Shown here one piece after another: positions 53,295 to 64,000 of a stretch of DNA of 64,000 bases. Numbering within the stretch: position 1 is the stretch's first letter; every line of letters starts with the position of its first letter. The position numbers and the translations under genes were made by a program. Under the pieces are notes generated by a model, which saw nothing but the letters and a program-made list of their open reading frames with translations, searched no databases and had not been told where the DNA came from. Origin of the DNA: Escherichia phage AV111; sequence record OR352941.1; one strand, 5' to 3'.

Positions 53295-56200
53295 ATGGCC
53301 GACATCAAACGTAAGTTCAGAGCCGAAGACGGTCTGGACGCCGGTGGCGACAAGATTGTTAACGTAGCATTAGCCGACCGTACAGTAGGTACTGATGGCG
53401 TAAACGTTGACTTCCTGGTACAAGAAAACACCGTTCAAGTATATGATTCTACGCGTGGATATAACAAAGGATTTGTTGTTCTTTATGACAACCTTTTATA
53501 TCAAGCAATAAATGATATCGTGTCTCCTTCCGGGGCATTTAACCTTTTACAATGGCGTGCAGTTCGTACTGATGCACAATGGATAACTGTCGCTTCTGGG
53601 ACTTATCAACTTTCTTCAGGTGAATCGATTTCGGTTAACACTGGGGCCGGCAATGATATGGTTTTCACGTTGCCGAATACGCCGGTTGATGGCGATACTG
53701 TTGTTTTGGCTGATATTGGCGGAAGAACCGGGACAGTTAAAGTACAGATTAACGCGTCTGTGCAGAGTATTTTAAACTTTAGAGGTGAACAAGTTCGTAC
53801 AGTTTTAATGACGCGCCCACGTTCACAACTATTGTTTGTGTTTAGTAATCGTTTGTGGCAGATGTATATTACCGATTATGGTAAAGAATCAATCACTGTT
53901 ACACCAGCGTCACCATATCAAGCACAAGCAAATGATTTTATCGTTCGTCGTTTTACTAGTGCAGCACCAATCAACATTACACTTCCACGTAATGCTAACA
54001 ATGGTGATATAATCAGCCTAGTCGATTTAGATAAATTAAACCCACTGTATCATACAATTGTTAAAACATTTGATGATACAACGTCTATTGGTGAAGTCGG
54101 GACTCATATTGCCGAAGGCAGAAATGACTCTGACGCGTTTTTTGTTTTTGATGCTGCAAGTAGTTTATGGCGTATATGGGAAGGCGACCAGAAATCGCGT
54201 CTTCGTATTATCCGTGCGGATTCAAATATTCGTCCAAATGAAGAAGTTCTTATTTTTGGCACAAATAACGCTACAGCCGGAACTATTAATCTTACACTGC
54301 CTACCGGAATTTTGAGTGGTGACACTGTTAAAATTTCAATGAACTACATGCGTAAAGGCCAAACAGTAAAAATTAAAGCTGCCGAAGGTGATACAATTGC
54401 TTCTTCTGTTGCATTGCTTCAGTTCCCTAAACGTTCTGAATATCCACCTGATGCTCAATGGGTCTCTGTTACTGAACTAGAATTCAATGGCACTACTTCA
54501 TATGTTCCTGTATTAGAATTAGCGTATATCGAAGACACCGTTGCTGGTACAAGTTATTGGGTTGTTCAACAAAACGTCCCAACTGTAGAACGTGTCGATG
54601 CATCGAGCAATACAACTCGAGCTCGTTTAGGTGTTATTGCTCTTGCTTCTCAAGCGCAAGCAAATGTTGATTTAGAGAATACTCCAGCTAAAGAAGTGGC
54701 TATTACTCCTGAAACGTTGGCAAATCGTACAGCAACTGAATCTCGACGTGGTATCGCTAAAATTGCTACAACAGCACAAGTTAACCAGAATTCCACAGCA
54801 TCATTTGTGGACGATACTATTGTTACGCCTAAAAAACTAAATGAGCGTACAGCAACTGAAACTCGTCGCGGTCTTGCTGAAATTGCTACTCAGGCCGAAA
54901 CCGATGCTGGTCTTGATGACACAACGATTATTACACCTAAGAAATTGCAGGCACGTCAGGGCTCTGAAACACTATCTGGTATAGTTAAATATGTATCAAC
55001 TACTTCTGCTACTCCTGCTGAAACTCGTGGGGCCGCAGGCACTAACGTTTATAATAAAACCGTAAATAATTTAACTATTTCTCCTAAAGCCCTTGACCAA
55101 TATAAAGCAACTTATGCTCAACAAGGTGCAGTAATTTTAGCTGTTGATAGTGAAGTAATTGCTGGTCAATCCCAAGCAGGTTATTCTCACGCTGTAGTAA
55201 CTCCTGAAACACTACATAAGAAAACTTCTACTGATGGACGTATTGGTTTAATTGAAATTGCTACGCAAGCAGAAACTAATGCTGGGACTGATTATACACG
55301 TGCAGTAACGCCTAAGACGTTAAATGATAGGAAAGCTACGGAAGGATTATCCGGCATAGCCGAACTTGCTACGCAAGTTGAATTTGATACTGGAACTGAT
55401 GATACTCGTATCTCGACTCCACTGAAAATTAAAACTCATTTTGATTCTTCTGACCGTACCAGTGTTAATTCTGATTCCGGACTTATTGAAGAAGGAACCT
55501 TGTGGAACCATTATACTCTTGATATTTCTAAAGCAAATGAAACACAACGCGGTACACTTCGCGTAGCGACCCAGGCAGAATCTAATGCAGGAACTTTAGA
55601 TGATGTTCTTATTACTCCTAAAAAGCTTTTAGGGACTAAGTCCACTGAAACGTCTGAAGGTGTAATTAAGGTTGCTACTCAAGATGAAACTGTAACGGGA
55701 ACTTCCACTAATACTGCTGTATCTCCTAAGAATTTAAAATGGATTGTCCAGTCTGAACCAACATGGGCTGCTACTACAGCAATTCGCGGATTCGTTAAAA
55801 CTTCATCCGGTTCTATTACATTTGTTGGTAATGATACAGTTGGTTCAACACAACCTTTAGAATCATATGAAAAAAATAGCTATGCTATATCTCCATATGA
55901 ATTAAACCGTGTACTTGCTAACTATTTGCCATTAAAAGCAAAAGCTGCTGATAGTAATTTGTTAGATGGTCTAGATTCTCTTCAGTTCATCCGTAGAGAC
56001 ATCGACCAGACGGTTAATGGTTCTTTAAGTCTTACTAAACAGACCAACCTGAGTGCTCCTTTAGTATCTACAAGCACTGCTTCTTTTGGTTCCGAAGCAT
56101 CTGTTACTCGTAGATTAACTCTTAATGACTCTAGCGGTTCCGAAATAATTTTCACTAAAGGAACCCAATCTCTTAGTAATAAAGAGAATTTCGTTGTTAG

Positions 56201-57128
56201 AGCATGGGGTAATAGCGCTACAGATGGTGCCCGTGATACAGTATTTGAAGCGGGTGACGAAACCGGATACCATTTCTATTCTCAGCGCGCTGCTGATAAT
56301 AAAGTATCATTTAATATTAATGGAACACTTTATTCAACAGGTATTGTTTCTACAAATGGATTAAATGTTACGGGTGTTTCTACCTTTACCGGGCCTATTA
56401 GTGCTACAGGCGAAATTGTTTCTAGTTCTCCTATTGCATTCAGAGCTATTAACGGTAACTATGGTGTTATGCTTTATAACGCTGGTAACAGTTCTTATAT
56501 TGCATTAACTAACTCAGGTGACCAGACCGGGACGTTTAATAACTTACGCCCGATCACGATTAACAACGCCACAGGCTTAGTTCGTCTTGACAATGGTGTT
56601 CAAATCACAAGTGGTGCAACAATAACTACCGGCGGGTTAACTGTAAATAACAGAATTATTTCTAACGGCGTTAAAACTGCCACGGTTTATACCGATAAAC
56701 CAACAGCTTCTACTGTAGGTTTTTGGTCTATTGACATTAACGATTCTGCTGTATATAGCCAATTCCCTGGATACTGGACGCGTGATAACAAAGGTAACCG
56801 TGACCAAGAAATTAAATATCCTGGTACTTTGACTCAATTCGGCAATAGCTTAGATTCGCTTTATCAGGATTGGATTTGTTATCCTACGGGTGCAAATGGT
56901 GGTAGTATTCGTTATACTCGTACCTGGCAGAAAAATAAAGATGCTTGGACTTCATTTGCAATGGTATTTGATAGTGGCAACCCACCTTCACCTAGCGATG
57001 TCGGTGCTATCCCATCTGATAATGCTGTTATTGGAAACCTTACTATTCGAGACTTCTTACAATTAGGAAATGTGAGAATTGTTCCGGACCCGGTTAACAA
57101 AACAGTTAAATTTATATGGGTTGAATAA
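53295..57128 (+). CDS. 34: Long tail fiber proximal subunit gp34
   Basis: 1277 aa; MADIKRKFRAEDGLDAGGDKIVNVALADRTVGTDGVNVDFL...collinear with remembered T4 gp34 (1289 aa). Confidence 0.95.
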   Translation: MADIKRKFRAEDGLDAGGDKIVNVALADRTVGTDGVNVDFLVQENTVQVYDSTRGYNKGFVVLYDNLLYQAINDIVSPSGAFNLLQWRAVRTDAQWITVASGTYQLSSGESISVNTGAGNDMVFTLPNTPVDGDTVVLADIGGRTGTVKVQINASVQSILNFRGEQVRTVLMTRPRSQLLFVFSNRLWQMYITDYGKESITVTPASPYQAQANDFIVRRFTSAAPINITLPRNANNGDIISLVDLDKLNPLYHTIVKTFDDTTSIGEVGTHIAEGRNDSDAFFVFDAASSLWRIWEGDQKSRLRIIRADSNIRPNEEVLIFGTNNATAGTINLTLPTGILSGDTVKISMNYMRKGQTVKIKAAEGDTIASSVALLQFPKRSEYPPDAQWVSVTELEFNGTTSYVPVLELAYIEDTVAGTSYWVVQQNVPTVERVDASSNTTRARLGVIALASQAQANVDLENTPAKEVAITPETLANRTATESRRGIAKIATTAQVNQNSTASFVDDTIVTPKKLNERTATETRRGLAEIATQAETDAGLDDTTIITPKKLQARQGSETLSGIVKYVSTTSATPAETRGAAGTNVYNKTVNNLTISPKALDQYKATYAQQGAVILAVDSEVIAGQSQAGYSHAVVTPETLHKKTSTDGRIGLIEIATQAETNAGTDYTRAVTPKTLNDRKATEGLSGIAELATQVEFDTGTDDTRISTPLKIKTHFDSSDRTSVNSDSGLIEEGTLWNHYTLDISKANETQRGTLRVATQAESNAGTLDDVLITPKKLLGTKSTETSEGVIKVATQDETVTGTSTNTAVSPKNLKWIVQSEPTWAATTAIRGFVKTSSGSITFVGNDTVGSTQPLESYEKNSYAISPYELNRVLANYLPLKAKAADSNLLDGLDSLQFIRRDIDQTVNGSLSLTKQTNLSAPLVSTSTASFGSEASVTRRLTLNDSSGSEIIFTKGTQSLSNKENFVVRAWGNSATDGARDTVFEAGDETGYHFYSQRAADNKVSFNINGTLYSTGIVSTNGLNVTGVSTFTGPISATGEIVSSSPIAFRAINGNYGVMLYNAGNSSYIALTNSGDQTGTFNNLRPITINNATGLVRLDNGVQITSGATITTGGLTVNNRIISNGVKTATVYTDKPTASTVGFWSIDINDSAVYSQFPGYWTRDNKGNRDQEIKYPGTLTQFGNSLDSLYQDWICYPTGANGGSIRYTRTWQKNKDAWTSFAMVFDSGNPPSPSDVGAIPSDNAVIGNLTIRDFLQLGNVRIVPDPVNKTVKFIWVE

Positions 57129-57136
57129 GAGGTTAT

Positions 57137-58261
57137 ATGGAAAAATTTATGGCAAGGTTTGGACAGGGATACGTCCAAACGCCGTTTTTATCGGAAAGCA
57201 ATTCAGTTAGATTTAAGCTAAGTATAGCGGGTTCATGCCCGCTTTCAACAACTAATCCGTATATTTTGTTCCAAAACGAGCCTTTAGGGTTGCAGTCTTT
57301 TGGTATTGGACTAAATGTTAGGGTGATAAATCCGGAAAATGGAACTATAGTTGATAGTAAATTATACAATTTTGCGCCTACAAATAATGCAACTTCGGCC
57401 GCGTTTATTTCGTTTGTTAATACATACGCGGATAATTTCATTTTCGCATTTATTTCTAATAACAAATTTAATTTGCCGCCAGAAATAATTGAATGGTTTA
57501 AAGCTGCTGGGAGTTCAGTTATACCGTCAATTGAAGTTGCTAGTCTTGTTGATATTTCATATTCAGCGTTTTATGTTTCAGGTAAAAATACTATTGCATT
57601 AGAACACATAAAATACAGTAATAAGAAAACAATTTCTGATTACGCAACTCCATTAGATATTGTATATGACTCTATTGCTGATATAGGTGCTACCGGCTAT
57701 CCTAGACGTACATATGAAGCTCTAGAAACGTTTTTATCTCCTGTTGAAGGAACTAACAATGAAATAAAAAGGATGCCTACATCATCCCTTGTTACTCCTA
57801 TCGCAAACTATGGATTAAAGCCTACAGATTTTCTTTATTTGAAATTTCAATTAATGGCTGATGAAGAATTATTAGAGGAAGGAACCACAAGACTTTCAAT
57901 TCGTTTCTTTAAGTCTCCATCTAGCTCTCCTATATCATCTAAAGATATAAACTTTGATGGAACTGCCGGGGAGTGGAAGCTATATGAAGAATACGTTGAA
58001 ATACCAGCTGAAGCTGATGGCTTTACAGTATATTGTTACCGTACGGCCCCAGTCGGTCAAGGTGGACTAAGAAATGTTATTTTCACTGAAGTATCATGTA
58101 ACGGAAGTATAGCAAAACCAGCCGAGTTTGGTATAAACGGTATTCGTGCTAATTACATCGATGAATCATTAACCGGTAATGATATAATGGACTTGCCTAC
58201 TCAGTTATCTAACGACACAGGTAAGGTATTTGGGCAGGAATTTAAAGAGTACACAGAATAA
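57137..58261 (+). CDS. 35: Long tail fiber hinge connector gp35
   Basis: 374 aa (T4 372 aa); synteny. Confidence 0.85.
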   Translation: MEKFMARFGQGYVQTPFLSESNSVRFKLSIAGSCPLSTTNPYILFQNEPLGLQSFGIGLNVRVINPENGTIVDSKLYNFAPTNNATSAAFISFVNTYADNFIFAFISNNKFNLPPEIIEWFKAAGSSVIPSIEVASLVDISYSAFYVSGKNTIALEHIKYSNKKTISDYATPLDIVYDSIADIGATGYPRRTYEALETFLSPVEGTNNEIKRMPTSSLVTPIANYGLKPTDFLYLKFQLMADEELLEEGTTRLSIRFFKSPSSSPISSKDINFDGTAGEWKLYEEYVEIPAEADGFTVYCYRTAPVGQGGLRNVIFTEVSCNGSIAKPAEFGINGIRANYIDESLTGNDIMDLPTQLSNDTGKVFGQEFKEYTE

Positions 58262-58262
58262 A

Positions 58263-58278
58263 GGAGACTTCGGTCTCC
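58263..58278 (+). terminator. Hairpin ggagaCUUCGgtctcc plus T-run after gene 35
   Basis: UUCG loop in plus sense, followed by ttttcg. Confidence 0.6.
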
Positions 58279-58286
58279 TTTTCGCG

Positions 58287-58294
58287 TATAAATA
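58287..58294 (+). promoter_or_regulatory. T4 late promoter TATAAATA upstream of gene 36
   Basis: Exact TATAAATA 27 nt before the ATG. Confidence 0.7.
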
Positions 58295-58320
58295 CTTTAA
58301 TATTAATAAGGAGACACGAA

Positions 58321-58977
58321 ATGGCCGATTTAAAAGCCGGAAGTACAGTTGGTGGTTCCGTCATATGGCATCAAGGCAATTTTCCTTTAATGCCAGCTGG
58401 CGATGACATCCTATATAAAACATTTAAATTATACACCGAATATAACAAGCCAAAAGCGGCTGATAACGATTTCGTATCTAAAGCAAATGGTGGGACATAT
58501 CTCAAAAAGGTAATCTTTAACGAAGGTGTTGCAGTCAAAACAGCAGATGACCAAACGAATGGTATTTTTTCTGGTGGTGGTGACGCCGCGACATTTGACC
58601 AAACAAACATGGATATTGTTTCATGGTATGGTATTGGGTTTAAATCATCTCAAGGTACAGGTGAAAGAACTGTTGTAATTGATACTCGCACCGGTAATAT
58701 AAGTTCTAAAGGCGTTATTGAAGCATCTCAATTCAGAGCCACAACGTTAGCACCTTTAAATAATTACGACCTTACTCGCAAAGATTATGTTGATAGTCAA
58801 ATAAATACAGTTAATGCTAATGCAAACAGTCGTGTACTCCGTTCAGGAGATACGATGACCGGCGCGCTAACCGCCCCAAACTTTTTCTCACAGAATCCTG
58901 CATCTCAACCCTCGCATGTTCCACGATTTGACCAAATTGTTATTAAGGATTCTGTTCAAGATTTCGGCTATTATTAA
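58321..58977 (+). CDS. 36: Long tail fiber distal connector gp36
   Basis: 218 aa (T4 221 aa); synteny. Confidence 0.85.
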   Translation: MADLKAGSTVGGSVIWHQGNFPLMPAGDDILYKTFKLYTEYNKPKAADNDFVSKANGGTYLKKVIFNEGVAVKTADDQTNGIFSGGGDAATFDQTNMDIVSWYGIGFKSSQGTGERTVVIDTRTGNISSKGVIEASQFRATTLAPLNNYDLTRKDYVDSQINTVNANANSRVLRSGDTMTGALTAPNFFSQNPASQPSHVPRFDQIVIKDSVQDFGYY

Positions 58978-58985
58978 GAGGACTT

Positions 58986-61900
58986 ATGGCTACTTTAAAA
59001 CAAATACAATTTAAAAGAAGCAAAACTGCAGGAGCACGTCCTGCCGCTTCAGTATTAGCCGAAGGTGAATTGGCTATAAACTTAAAAGACCGTGTACTTT
59101 TTACTAAAGATGACCAAGGAAATATTATTGATCTGAGTTTTGCTAAAGGCGGTAGTATTGACGGGAATGTTATTCATACAGGTAATTATAACCAAACCGG
59201 CGATTATACTTTAAATGGCACCTTCACTCAGACAGGTAATTTTAATTTAACTGGTATTGCTCGAGTAACTCGTGATATTATTGCCGCTGGGCAGATTATG
59301 ACTGAAGGCGGTGAACTTATTACAAAAAGTTCAGGTACAGCACATGTTCGTTTTCATGATTCAGCTGACCGTGAACGTGGAATCATTTTTTCTCCTGCTA
59401 ATGACGGATTAACTACACAAGTTCTTAATATTAGAGTTCAAGATTACAAAGCCGGTTCAGAAAGCACTTTCGCTTTTAATGGAAATGGTTTGTTTTCTTC
59501 ACCAGAAGTTTTTGGGTGGAAATCTGTATCAACTCCGGTAATTTATACCAATAAAGTTATTACTAATAAAAAGGTTAAAGGTGATTATGACATCTATTCG
59601 TTGGCTGACAACACTCCTTTAACCGAAAGCGAAACAGCAATTAATCATCTTCGTGTCATGCGTAATGCAGTTGGTTCGGGTATTTTCCATGAAGTTAAAG
59701 ATAATGACGGTATCTCATGGTACGCTGGTGATGGGCTTGACGCATATCTTTGGTCGTTTACCTGGTCCGGTGGATTGAAAGCAGGCCATTCTATTTCTGT
59801 TGGTACTCCTGGTGGCAATAAAGGATACTCTGAATTAGGGACTGCTTCAATTTCTCTTGGTGATAATGATACTGGATTTAAATGGCATCAGGATGGATAT
59901 TTCCATACAGTAAACAACGGAACAAGAACTTTCATTTACGGTCCTGCGGAAACACAAAGCCTTAGAAAAATGGTTATGGGTTATTCTCCGGATGGTGTTC
60001 TTATGACAACGCCACCGACAGAAAACTATGCCCTGGCAACTGTAGTTACTTACCACGATAATAACGCGGTTGGAGATGGTCAAACTCTTTTAGGATATTA
60101 TCAAGGTGGAGCATACCACCACTATTTTCGTGGTAAAGGCACTACAAACATTAACACCGCGGGTGGTTTGTTAGTTACTCCAGCCAATATCGACGTGATT
60201 GGCGGTTTAATTAATATCGACGGTCGCAGTAATGCTTCAACCTTACTGTTTAGTAGCTATACGTCCGGTCAAAGCTCTGTCGATAATATGAATATACGCG
60301 TTTGGGGCGATACTTTTACTACTGTAGGTGGTACTCGCAAAAACGTAATGGAAATATCTGATGCCACTAGCTGGATGCAATATATTCAACGAACAACTGC
60401 AGGTAAAGTCGAATCGGTTCTAAACGGCACCCAGATTGTTAATGAAAACTTGACCGTAGTAAAAAATGCTACATTTGATGGTACAATCAGCGCAGCAGGT
60501 GAAATCGCAACAAATGCAGTAAATGGTCTTCGTATTTGGAACAACGATTACGCCGCTATTTTCCGTCGTTCAGAAGGAAGTCTTCATATTATTCCAACTG
60601 CCTTTGGCGAAGGCAAAAATGGTGATATCGGCCCACTTCGTCCATTTAGTTTGGCTTTAGATACTGGTAAAGTTACTATTCCAGATTTACAATCAAGTTA
60701 CAATACGTTCGCAGCAAACGGATATATTAAATTTACCGGTCACGGCGCTGGTGCAGGTGGTTATGCTATTCAGTATTCGCAAGCAGCTCCTATTTTCCAG
60801 GAAATTGATGATGACGCAGTAAGTAAATATTATCCTATTGTTAAACAAAAATTCTTACAAGGAAAGGCTGTTTGGTCTTTAGGTACTGAAATTAATTCTG
60901 GTACTTTTGTTTTGCATCATTTAAAAGAAGATGGAACTCAAGCTCATACCTCAAGATTTAATGCCGATGGTACAGTTAACTTCCCGGATAACGTCCAAGT
61001 TGGTGGTGGTGAAGCTACTATTGCTAAAAATGGCAATATTTTCTCTGATATTTGGAAAACATTTACTTCAGCTGGCGATGTAACTAATATTCGAGACGCT
61101 ATTGCTACCCGTGTTGCCAAAGAAGGTGATACGATGACCGGCCGCTTAACCCTTAAAACCAACTCAGATGCTGTTGTTATCGATTATCCGGCAGATGAAG
61201 CGGGTTATGTTAAGGGTAAAAAAGGTGGTGTTGATAACTGGTATGTAGGTAATGGTGGTGCTGATAACGGTTTAGCTTTCTGGAGCTTCCAATCCCAAGG
61301 TGGTATTAATATCAACCCGAACGGTGAAGTTATTCTGGCGCCGCAAGGTGTTGCAATAGTCAATATAAACCGCGACCGTATTCATATGAATGGTTCCAAC
61401 TGGATTGCACATAAATCTGGTGCATGGGGTGACCAATGGGGCTTAGAAGCACCTTATTTCCTTGATTTTGGTAGCGTTGGTGAAGATAGTTATTATCCTA
61501 TTATTAAAGGCCGTTCTGTAATTACCGGTCAAGGATATACTACTTCTGTTGACCTTGGTATTAGACGTACACCCCAACAATGGGGACAAGCTATAATTCG
61601 AGTAGGTAATGCTGAACGAGCTGACGGCCCTGTAGGTATTTTTGAATTCCATTCGTCTGGACTATTCTATAGCCCTACTATGGTTCAAACTCCGGCAATT
61701 GGTGTTGGTACTGTTAACGGATTAGGTGCTCCGAGTATTGCAATCGGTGATAATGACACTGGCTTATCACATGGCGGTGATGGTCGAGTTAATATGGTTG
61801 CTAACGGGATGCATATTGCATCTTGGTCTAGCTCTTACCATATCCATGAAGGTCTTTGGGATACCACTGGTGCTTTGTGGACCGAAACAGGAAGAGCTAT

Positions 61901-62306
61901 TATTTCTTTTGGTCATTTAGTCCAACAGAGTGATGCCTATTCCACATTTGTTCGAGATGTTTATGTCCGTTCTGATATTCGTGTTAAAAAAGACCTTGTT
62001 AAATTTGAAAATGCTTCTGAGAAGCTTTCTAAAATTAACGGTTACACTTATATGCAGAAACGTGGAACTGACGAAGAAGGTAATCAGAAATGGGAACCTA
62101 ACGCTGGTTTGATAGCTCAAGAAGTTCAAGCTATTTTACCGGAATTAGTTGAAGGCGACCCTGATGGTGAAGCTTTACTTCGTTTGAACTATAACGGTGT
62201 AATTGGTTTAAATACAGCTGCAATCAATGAACATACTGCAGAAATTGCAGAACTTAAGTCAGAGATTGAAGAGCTTAAAAAATTAGTTAAATCATTGTTA
62301 AAATAA
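58986..62306 (+). CDS. 37: Long tail fiber distal subunit gp37 with C-terminal S74-type intramolecular chaperone domain
   Basis: 1106 aa; N-terminus [34 protein letters not shown] as T4 gp37; C-terminal ~120 aa carry SDIRVKKDL...[15 protein letters not shown]...coiled coil. Confidence 0.93.
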   Translation: MATLKQIQFKRSKTAGARPAASVLAEGELAINLKDRVLFTKDDQGNIIDLSFAKGGSIDGNVIHTGNYNQTGDYTLNGTFTQTGNFNLTGIARVTRDIIAAGQIMTEGGELITKSSGTAHVRFHDSADRERGIIFSPANDGLTTQVLNIRVQDYKAGSESTFAFNGNGLFSSPEVFGWKSVSTPVIYTNKVITNKKVKGDYDIYSLADNTPLTESETAINHLRVMRNAVGSGIFHEVKDNDGISWYAGDGLDAYLWSFTWSGGLKAGHSISVGTPGGNKGYSELGTASISLGDNDTGFKWHQDGYFHTVNNGTRTFIYGPAETQSLRKMVMGYSPDGVLMTTPPTENYALATVVTYHDNNAVGDGQTLLGYYQGGAYHHYFRGKGTTNINTAGGLLVTPANIDVIGGLINIDGRSNASTLLFSSYTSGQSSVDNMNIRVWGDTFTTVGGTRKNVMEISDATSWMQYIQRTTAGKVESVLNGTQIVNENLTVVKNATFDGTISAAGEIATNAVNGLRIWNNDYAAIFRRSEGSLHIIPTAFGEGKNGDIGPLRPFSLALDTGKVTIPDLQSSYNTFAANGYIKFTGHGAGAGGYAIQYSQAAPIFQEIDDDAVSKYYPIVKQKFLQGKAVWSLGTEINSGTFVLHHLKEDGTQAHTSRFNADGTVNFPDNVQVGGGEATIAKNGNIFSDIWKTFTSAGDVTNIRDAIATRVAKEGDTMTGRLTLKTNSDAVVIDYPADEAGYVKGKKGGVDNWYVGNGGADNGLAFWSFQSQGGININPNGEVILAPQGVAIVNINRDRIHMNGSNWIAHKSGAWGDQWGLEAPYFLDFGSVGEDSYYPIIKGRSVITGQGYTTSVDLGIRRTPQQWGQAIIRVGNAERADGPVGIFEFHSSGLFYSPTMVQTPAIGVGTVNGLGAPSIAIGDNDTGLSHGGDGRVNMVANGMHIASWSSSYHIHEGLWDTTGALWTETGRAIISFGHLVQQSDAYSTFVRDVYVRSDIRVKKDLVKFENASEKLSKINGYTYMQKRGTDEEGNQKWEPNAGLIAQEVQAILPELVEGDPDGEALLRLNYNGVIGLNTAAINEHTAEIAELKSEIEELKKLVKSLLK

Positions 62307-62337
62307 TAAGAGGGGCTTAGGCCCCTTGGAGGTTTAT

Positions 62338-63132
62338 ATGGCAGTTGAAGGACCGTGGGTTGGATGGTCTGCGAGGGTACAAACTGGAGATCCTTGGATG
62401 GGTGGTGCTGCGCAGAGATTGAGAATGGGAATTCCGTTTTGGATGAGTAATATGATAGGTCGATCTGTTGAAATAATTCACACGCTTGGAGCAGACCATA
62501 ACTTCAATGGTCAATGGTTCCGAGATAGATGTTTTGAGGCAGGTAGTGCGCCTATAGTGTTTAATATTACAGGTGATTTAGTGTCTTATAACAGGGACGT
62601 CCCGTTATTCTTTATGAATGGAGATACGCCTAATGAATACGTTACTTTGAATATTCACGGCGGAGTTCACATGTGGGGCCGCGGTGGCCAAGGTGGTTGG
62701 ACACACTCAGGCGGTGACGGTAACGGGCAATGGGGCGGTGATTGTATTGTTAACCATATAGGCACCCGTTTACGTATATGGAACTACGGTGTTATCTGTG
62801 GCGGCGGTGGCGGCGGCGGTGGTATCGCTTATCGTCCTCACTCTGGTGCTAACTGGCAGGATATTGGCGGTGGCGGCGGAAGACCATTTGGCCCAGGAGG
62901 TGGAGGTGGCTATTCTGGTGGTGGAGCTTCTTATGAAGGCCCGGGTGGTGGATATAACTACGGTAACGCTCACTCTGGGCATGGTGGCGATGCAGGCGGC
63001 GCAGGTCAAAACGCCTGGCAAGATGGCGGGAAAGCGCTTAAAGTAGGAGCAGGTGGCGGTTCTGGTGCAGCTGTTGCAGTGTCATCCCCGATGTGGGGAG
63101 CAACAGGTACTATCTATGGCCCATGGCTATAA
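62338..63132 (+). CDS. 38: gp38 receptor-recognising adhesin, T2-type with glycine-rich motifs
   Basis: 264 aa from ATG after SD GGAGG (the ORF track starts at an upstream TTG); N-terminal gp37-attachment-like region then poly-Gly motifs ([18 protein letters not shown]). Confidence 0.85.
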   Translation: MAVEGPWVGWSARVQTGDPWMGGAAQRLRMGIPFWMSNMIGRSVEIIHTLGADHNFNGQWFRDRCFEAGSAPIVFNITGDLVSYNRDVPLFFMNGDTPNEYVTLNIHGGVHMWGRGGQGGWTHSGGDGNGQWGGDCIVNHIGTRLRIWNYGVICGGGGGGGGIAYRPHSGANWQDIGGGGGRPFGPGGGGGYSGGGASYEGPGGGYNYGNAHSGHGGDAGGAGQNAWQDGGKALKVGAGGGSGAAVAVSSPMWGATGTIYGPWL

Positions 63133-63148
63133 TACGAAAGTATTAAAT

Positions 63149-63156
63149 TATAAATA
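63149..63156 (+). promoter_or_regulatory. T4 late promoter TATAAATA upstream of holin t
   Basis: Exact TATAAATA 18 nt before the ATG. Confidence 0.7.
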
Positions 63157-63174
63157 TCTTTAAAGGAGAAAAGT

Positions 63175-63828
63175 ATGGAACCAAAAGTAGGATTTTCATT
63201 AACAGACCTACTTTTTGGACTTCTTGATAGAATTTTTAAAGATACTACTTCCGGGAAAGTAGTTTTTTCCCGGGTCCTAGTCGTAATATTATTGTTCTTT
63301 ATGACATTGATTTGGTATAAAGGCGAGTATATTCTAAACTTTTATAAAGAGACTACTTATGCCTCTTATACTGAAATGATTAGACAAGACCAGGACAATA
63401 GATTTAAAATTGCGGCTATCGAGCAGCTCCGAATAGTGCATTCTTCTTCAGGCGCAGACTTCACAGCGGTATATTCTTTTAGACCTACCAACATGAATTA
63501 TTTTGTGGATATGGTGGCTTATGAGGGTAAATTACCGGAAACGGTAGACGCAAAAAATACGGGAGGGTTTCCGATTGACAAAACGTCAGTAGAGTATATG
63601 GCAGGTGTTAACGGGAACTATTTTGAATCCACTACAGAAACTGTGTTCCTTCCTACAAAGAAGAAAACACAATTCACGTATATGTTTTCATGCCCGTTTT
63701 TTAATTTGGATAACGTCTACGCCGGCTCGATATCATTATACTGGTATGATATCAAACCGGATTTAGGATTTCCTAGACTTTCGTCTATGTGTGGTCAGGC
63801 CGGGAGGACATTAGGTCGAACTCGTTAA
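63175..63828 (+). CDS. t: Holin T
   Basis: 217 aa; ..DLLFGLLDRIFKD..GKV..SRV.VVILLF...periplasmic domain, matching remembered T4 holin (218 aa). Confidence 0.93.
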   Translation: MEPKVGFSLTDLLFGLLDRIFKDTTSGKVVFSRVLVVILLFFMTLIWYKGEYILNFYKETTYASYTEMIRQDQDNRFKIAAIEQLRIVHSSSGADFTAVYSFRPTNMNYFVDMVAYEGKLPETVDAKNTGGFPIDKTSVEYMAGVNGNYFESTTETVFLPTKKKTQFTYMFSCPFFNLDNVYAGSISLYWYDIKPDLGFPRLSSMCGQAGRTLGRTR

Positions 63829-64000
63829 AAATTGGAGGTATACATCATTAAGTAACGGTGTATATCTTCATACCCTTCATTAAATTGCTCAATAAGAGTA
63901 TCACGTTCATCTTCAGTTAAAGACTTAAAGAGTTTATTAAAAGATAGACCATTAAGTTCCTTTCCATGTTCATTACGAATACCTAGCTCGTTCAAAAAGG
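63825..64000 (-). CDS. asiA: AsiA anti-sigma-70 factor, 3' portion only (truncated by window edge)
   Basis: Hand translation of the minus strand gives ...ELGIRNEHGKELNGLSFNKLFKSLTEDERDTLIEQFNEGYEDIHRYLMMYTSNF, matching the T4 AsiA C-terminus; convergent with t, 4-nt overlap. Confidence 0.8.
   Translation of the reverse strand, partial: FLNELGIRNEHGKELNGLSFNKLFKSLTEDERDTLIEQFNEGYEDIHRYLMMYTSNF

Noticed and set aside
62326-62337. ORF-track start of gp38 at 62326 (MEVYMAVEG...)
   Set aside because: Position 62326 is TTG and overlaps the Shine-Dalgarno GGAGG; the ATG at 62338 with proper SD spacing is the more plausible start. Non-ATG starts in the ORF track were treated cautiously throughout.
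62770-63046. Two overlapping ORFs (83 and 85 aa) within gene 38
   Set aside because: They arise from the repetitive GGC/GGT glycine-codon tract of gp38 read in other frames (giving Ala/Val/Thr-rich low-complexity peptides); not independent genes.
62338-63132. CRISPR-like or tandem-repeat array suggested by repeated GGTGGCGGCGG strings
   Set aside because: The repeats are in-frame glycine codons of the gp38 adhesin, irregular in spacing and without spacers; the dispersed hairpins elsewhere are single copies at gene ends, not arrays.

Overview
This window is a contiguous ~64 kb segment of a T4-like (Tevenvirinae, T-even type) myovirus genome, syntenic with T4 from gene 16 to asiA. Plus-strand late genes: terminase (16, 17), tail sheath and tube (18, 19), portal (20), prohead core/protease/scaffold (67, 68, 21, 22), major capsid and vertex (23, 24), uvsW, baseplate hub and tail tube genes (51, 27, 28, 29, 48, 54), long tail fiber genes 34-37, a T2-type gp38 adhesin and holin t. 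Minus-strand early/middle genes: rnlB, hoc, inh, uvsY, 25, 26, alt, DNA ligase 30, the 30.x cluster with a NADAR protein, rIII, 31, cd, pseT, spanins, alc, rnlA, denA, nrdB, nrdA, td, frd, 32, 59, 33, dsbA, rnh and the 3' end of asiA. All calls rest on reading the supplied ORF translations against remembered T4 protein sequences and on motifs visible in the DNA; no database search was run. The most notable departures from the T4 plan are: (1) nrdA split into two ORFs by an HNH endonuclease gene; (2) nrdB interrupted by a ~1.1 kb insert encoding a 269-aa I-TevIII-like HNH endonuclease (group I intron architecture) while td is intronless; (3) a full-length class I DAHP synthase translationally coupled to cd; (4) rnlB broken by a +1 frameshift in an A5 run; (5) an 89-aa minus-strand ORF with its own early promoter between genes 23 and 24; (6) a family of strand-aware UUCG-tetraloop hairpins; (7) gp37 with a C-terminal S74-type intramolecular chaperone domain. 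I found no CRISPR array, tRNA or rRNA.
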